Assembly (NCBI GenBank): GCA_964057225.1
Contig: OZ059899.1
Coordinates: 14,074,001-14,138,000, forward strand
DNA from: Auanema rhodensis
Lineage: Eukaryota > Animalia > Nematoda
Length of the DNA stretch: 64,000 nucleotides
Direction: 5' to 3'
Shown here in pieces: positions 61,201-64,000 of the stretch. How positions within the stretch are numbered: the stretch's first letter is position 1; each line of letters begins with the position of its first letter. Position numbers and translations under genes: made by a program. Below the pieces are notes generated by a model, which was given only the letters and a program-made list of their open reading frames with translations, was not told the DNA's origin and did not search any database.

Positions 61201-63791
61201 GGAAATGTTTGCTTTGAAATTGGGCAGAAAAACTCTAAAATATTTGGGCAATTAGAATTAGAAGGATCTGCTATCACAAAAAAAATGAAAATCAGCAATT
61301 ATCAATACGGGTGCACCTCATTCACGTATGGTTTCTCTTAGTTTATGTCAACGGATTCTGTATTTTCTAGAATCTCGTTAGGATCCGGAGGGCTGGTTCC
61401 TATCGGAAGTACGACGGTTGACTGCCTCGTCGGAGAAGTTGCTAATTGTAATTTAGAGCTTAAAAATACAACACTATATAAAGCAAAAGACATCAAGTGA
61501 GCAATAATTACGTTGAAAAATATATAAATTTTGAATAAATATAGATTAGAATTCAAGCGAATCGAGCAGAACTCCACCGCTGCTGCTGCTGTTCTATTCA
61601 TGGATTCTACTAATGAATTACAATCTGATCAAACGATAAAATGTCAGCCTACCTTGGGACCTTTTGAGACGGTATATCACTGAAGAAATATCTGATAATA
61701 CAAGTCTTTTAGATGAGTGTGCCTCTTCGTTTTTCTGCACAACTTGTAGGGGAGATGGAACTGACCATCGAAGTAAGTTGATTTGCAAAGGCTATGAAAA
61801 TTTTTAATTCTTTTAGTTATCTTACCTCCCGGAAACCGGTACAGCACGGGTTACAAGCAAAATAATTGTATCAGTGAAAGCCAATGATCCTTTCTTTGCA
61901 ACTAGTGGAATATTAACAATGAACGTGAGTTGATGCTTTCATGGTGAACTCGCATCATACGAAACTGCATTCTTTAGGGGCTTCCAGTTACTTCCTTGCT
62001 CAATTACAGTGAGCACATATTGAAGGTCGACATCACCGCTAATGCGGATATTACAATTACAAACATAGAATGGCTTTTGGTATTATTTTACGTAATCATA
62101 TTACAAAATTGAATTATTTTTAGGCTGATGTAATTACTAGTATAACATCTAATGATAATGAGAAAAAACTCGAAGGTTTCTTATTAAATTTATTAATTAT
62201 TAATATATTTTTGTTATATTACTTTGCAGAAAGTTTGTCAAGAAATGATATGATCAACTACTGTCATTCTATAATGGTTAATGTTGCTGGTGATGACAAG
62301 GAAGTACCGTTAGGAAGAATCGCAATTGAATGGAAACGGTGAGAAAAACCACGTTTTCATACATTTGAATCTGGAAACTACGAGTAATCAAAGGGTTCGA
62401 AGGGGAAAGGTATGAAAATTACCTGTTTCTTTTGGGGATGATTAATGTTCAACCGAATAGTGTATCTGATTATGGGTTACTCGAAGAAAATAATTTTCGT
62501 TTGGCCACGCTACTCAGTATTCTGTGATGAACGAAAATTAGCATAAAAAACTCGTGGGTGTGTATGTAAAGACAGAAAAAACATATTGCATAACATATAA
62601 TTAGAACTTCAAACTTACTTTCAACTTATAATTTTGAACGTTATAACTTTTATCAAGCAACTGTTATATATTTGCTTTTTTTCAGTCAGAATAGTTCATT
62701 CACAGTTCGATCTGTGGTGGCCTTATGTCGTTTGCCAGTACTACCCTGTCCCGTATATATTTCTGCTAATGTATTAGATTCTCCAGCTATAGTTCATCAA
62801 CCTATACGTATTCAATACCATATTGGAAGTCGTTTAAGTCAGGTGTGTTCCTTGAATGATTATTTTTATTTTTGTTCAAATTGTTTTCCAGGCTATTGAT
62901 ATAACAGCAACTTTTGATCTTTCGGACACATACATGTTTTGTGGAGACAAACGGGTATGTTATTGAAGTTATACTCTATTTATAACATCGGATTTAAAAA
63001 TTTCTATTGAATAAATATTCTTTCTCTATAGGTTACCTTCCGACTTCTTCCTGATTCTACTCGACTCATTAATGTAGTAGTGATGGCTTTATCGGCTGAT
63101 CGTTTACCATTTCCAAGAATAGCTTTACGGTATGTTTAGGCATATTCATCAGTATTGCTGAACTTATATTTTCTACTTAAAGATCGAACGGTGTAACAGA
63201 TCATGTACTACAACATACTCTTCGAACATTGCCTGCTACATTATTTGTTTTGGTAAGTAATATAGAGATATATATAAATTTATTCCAAAAAGAAATACGA
63301 AATTAATGAATACAAACTAATCCAATCACTGTGTATACTTTTCATTTTTTTCAATTTTCGGAAATTTATTAAAAAATTTGATATTTTTTATTGAAATTCA
63401 CTGAGAGCAGATTTCGATGCTCCGTTTATTTATCAGCTGAAGATCAATTTCCGGGATTACGCTAAATCAGCACCCTTTGGTCTCTGAAATGAGATTTTTT
63501 GCTTCAATGTCGTTTCCATCCATTTTGGTTTAGAATCCTCTCTCTCTCGTTAGAAACTATAGTTCAGTTTTCCACCTTCAATTCCTTCCGCATTCTGGAC
63601 ATGGTTCATACTCGAAACAGCCCAGTTATAATCACAAATGATTTGCGATAGAGTAGAGAAAATTATAGTCAAATGTTACTTTTGGGCGAAGGAAATTGCT
63701 TAACATCAGATCTACCTAACATATCATATCAACCAAATAATTTTTAACTTTTCAGCCATCTACCAAGACATGCGATGATCCAGATACATAG
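58290..63791 (+). CDS. trpp-11: TRAPP complex subunit 11 (foie gras/gryzun-like), about 30 introns
   Basis: MDPVEAGPWLVGRPQQLIFLTGLD...GVIRRDWPTKYLERVPALIVLFLDLDWDHPSW...VRQLFKLAFLSELRQDTHTAL...FGQRPWR...LPATLFVL|PSTKTCDDPDT*. Confidence 0.92.
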
Positions 63792-64000
63792 TCGAAAATC
63801 AGATTAAATTATTTTTTTGTATAGTTCCTTTTCGAGAGTTGTGATATATTTAAAATAAATGAATATATGTATATATAAATATATATATAATTTTATTGAA
63901 CGGGATAAAACTGTTGACTGATTCCAATCTTGTATACCATATACACCCACATCTACAAGCTCCACAATCGAAGTTGTAGCCGGAATGTTTAAGAGGGTAA

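Overview
Eukaryotic, AT-rich genomic DNA from a rhabditid (clade V-like) nematode, judged from very dense ~43-60 nt GT-AG introns, trans-splice-type acceptors just before ATGs, operon-like gene spacing and close similarity of hand-spliced proteins to C. elegans proteins as I recall them. The supplied ORF track is mostly exon fragments or noise, so genes were spliced by hand. Layout: 1-10.3 kb is a microsatellite-rich, gene-poor stretch, probably large introns of a minus-strand gene that continues off the left edge. 11.6-44.5 kb is a compact block: V-ATPase d (vha-16), FAK (kin-32), an orphan chromodomain-like gene, PP2A methylesterase PME-1, a small orphan, PRDM-type set-17, ufc-1, an R3H-domain gene, mrpl-18, a four-gene minus-strand operon candidate (cids-1, DRG2 GTPase, TM2D2, AP-2 mu), an SXP/RAL-2-like secreted gene and an orphan 4-TM gene. 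45.4-57.3 kb is synaptotagmin snt-2, with large introns and one GC-AG intron. It is followed by a probable rps-29/trpp-11 operon. No tRNA, rRNA, CRISPR array or intact transposon was found. I cannot demonstrate a new biological system. The best leads are an unusually diverged AP-2 mu copy at the end of the operon, a hairpin that places a trans-splice acceptor exactly in its loop (with matching uORFs on two operon genes), a double E-box palindrome before an orphan tetraspan gene, an orphan chromodomain-like gene and intronic structured-RNA candidates.
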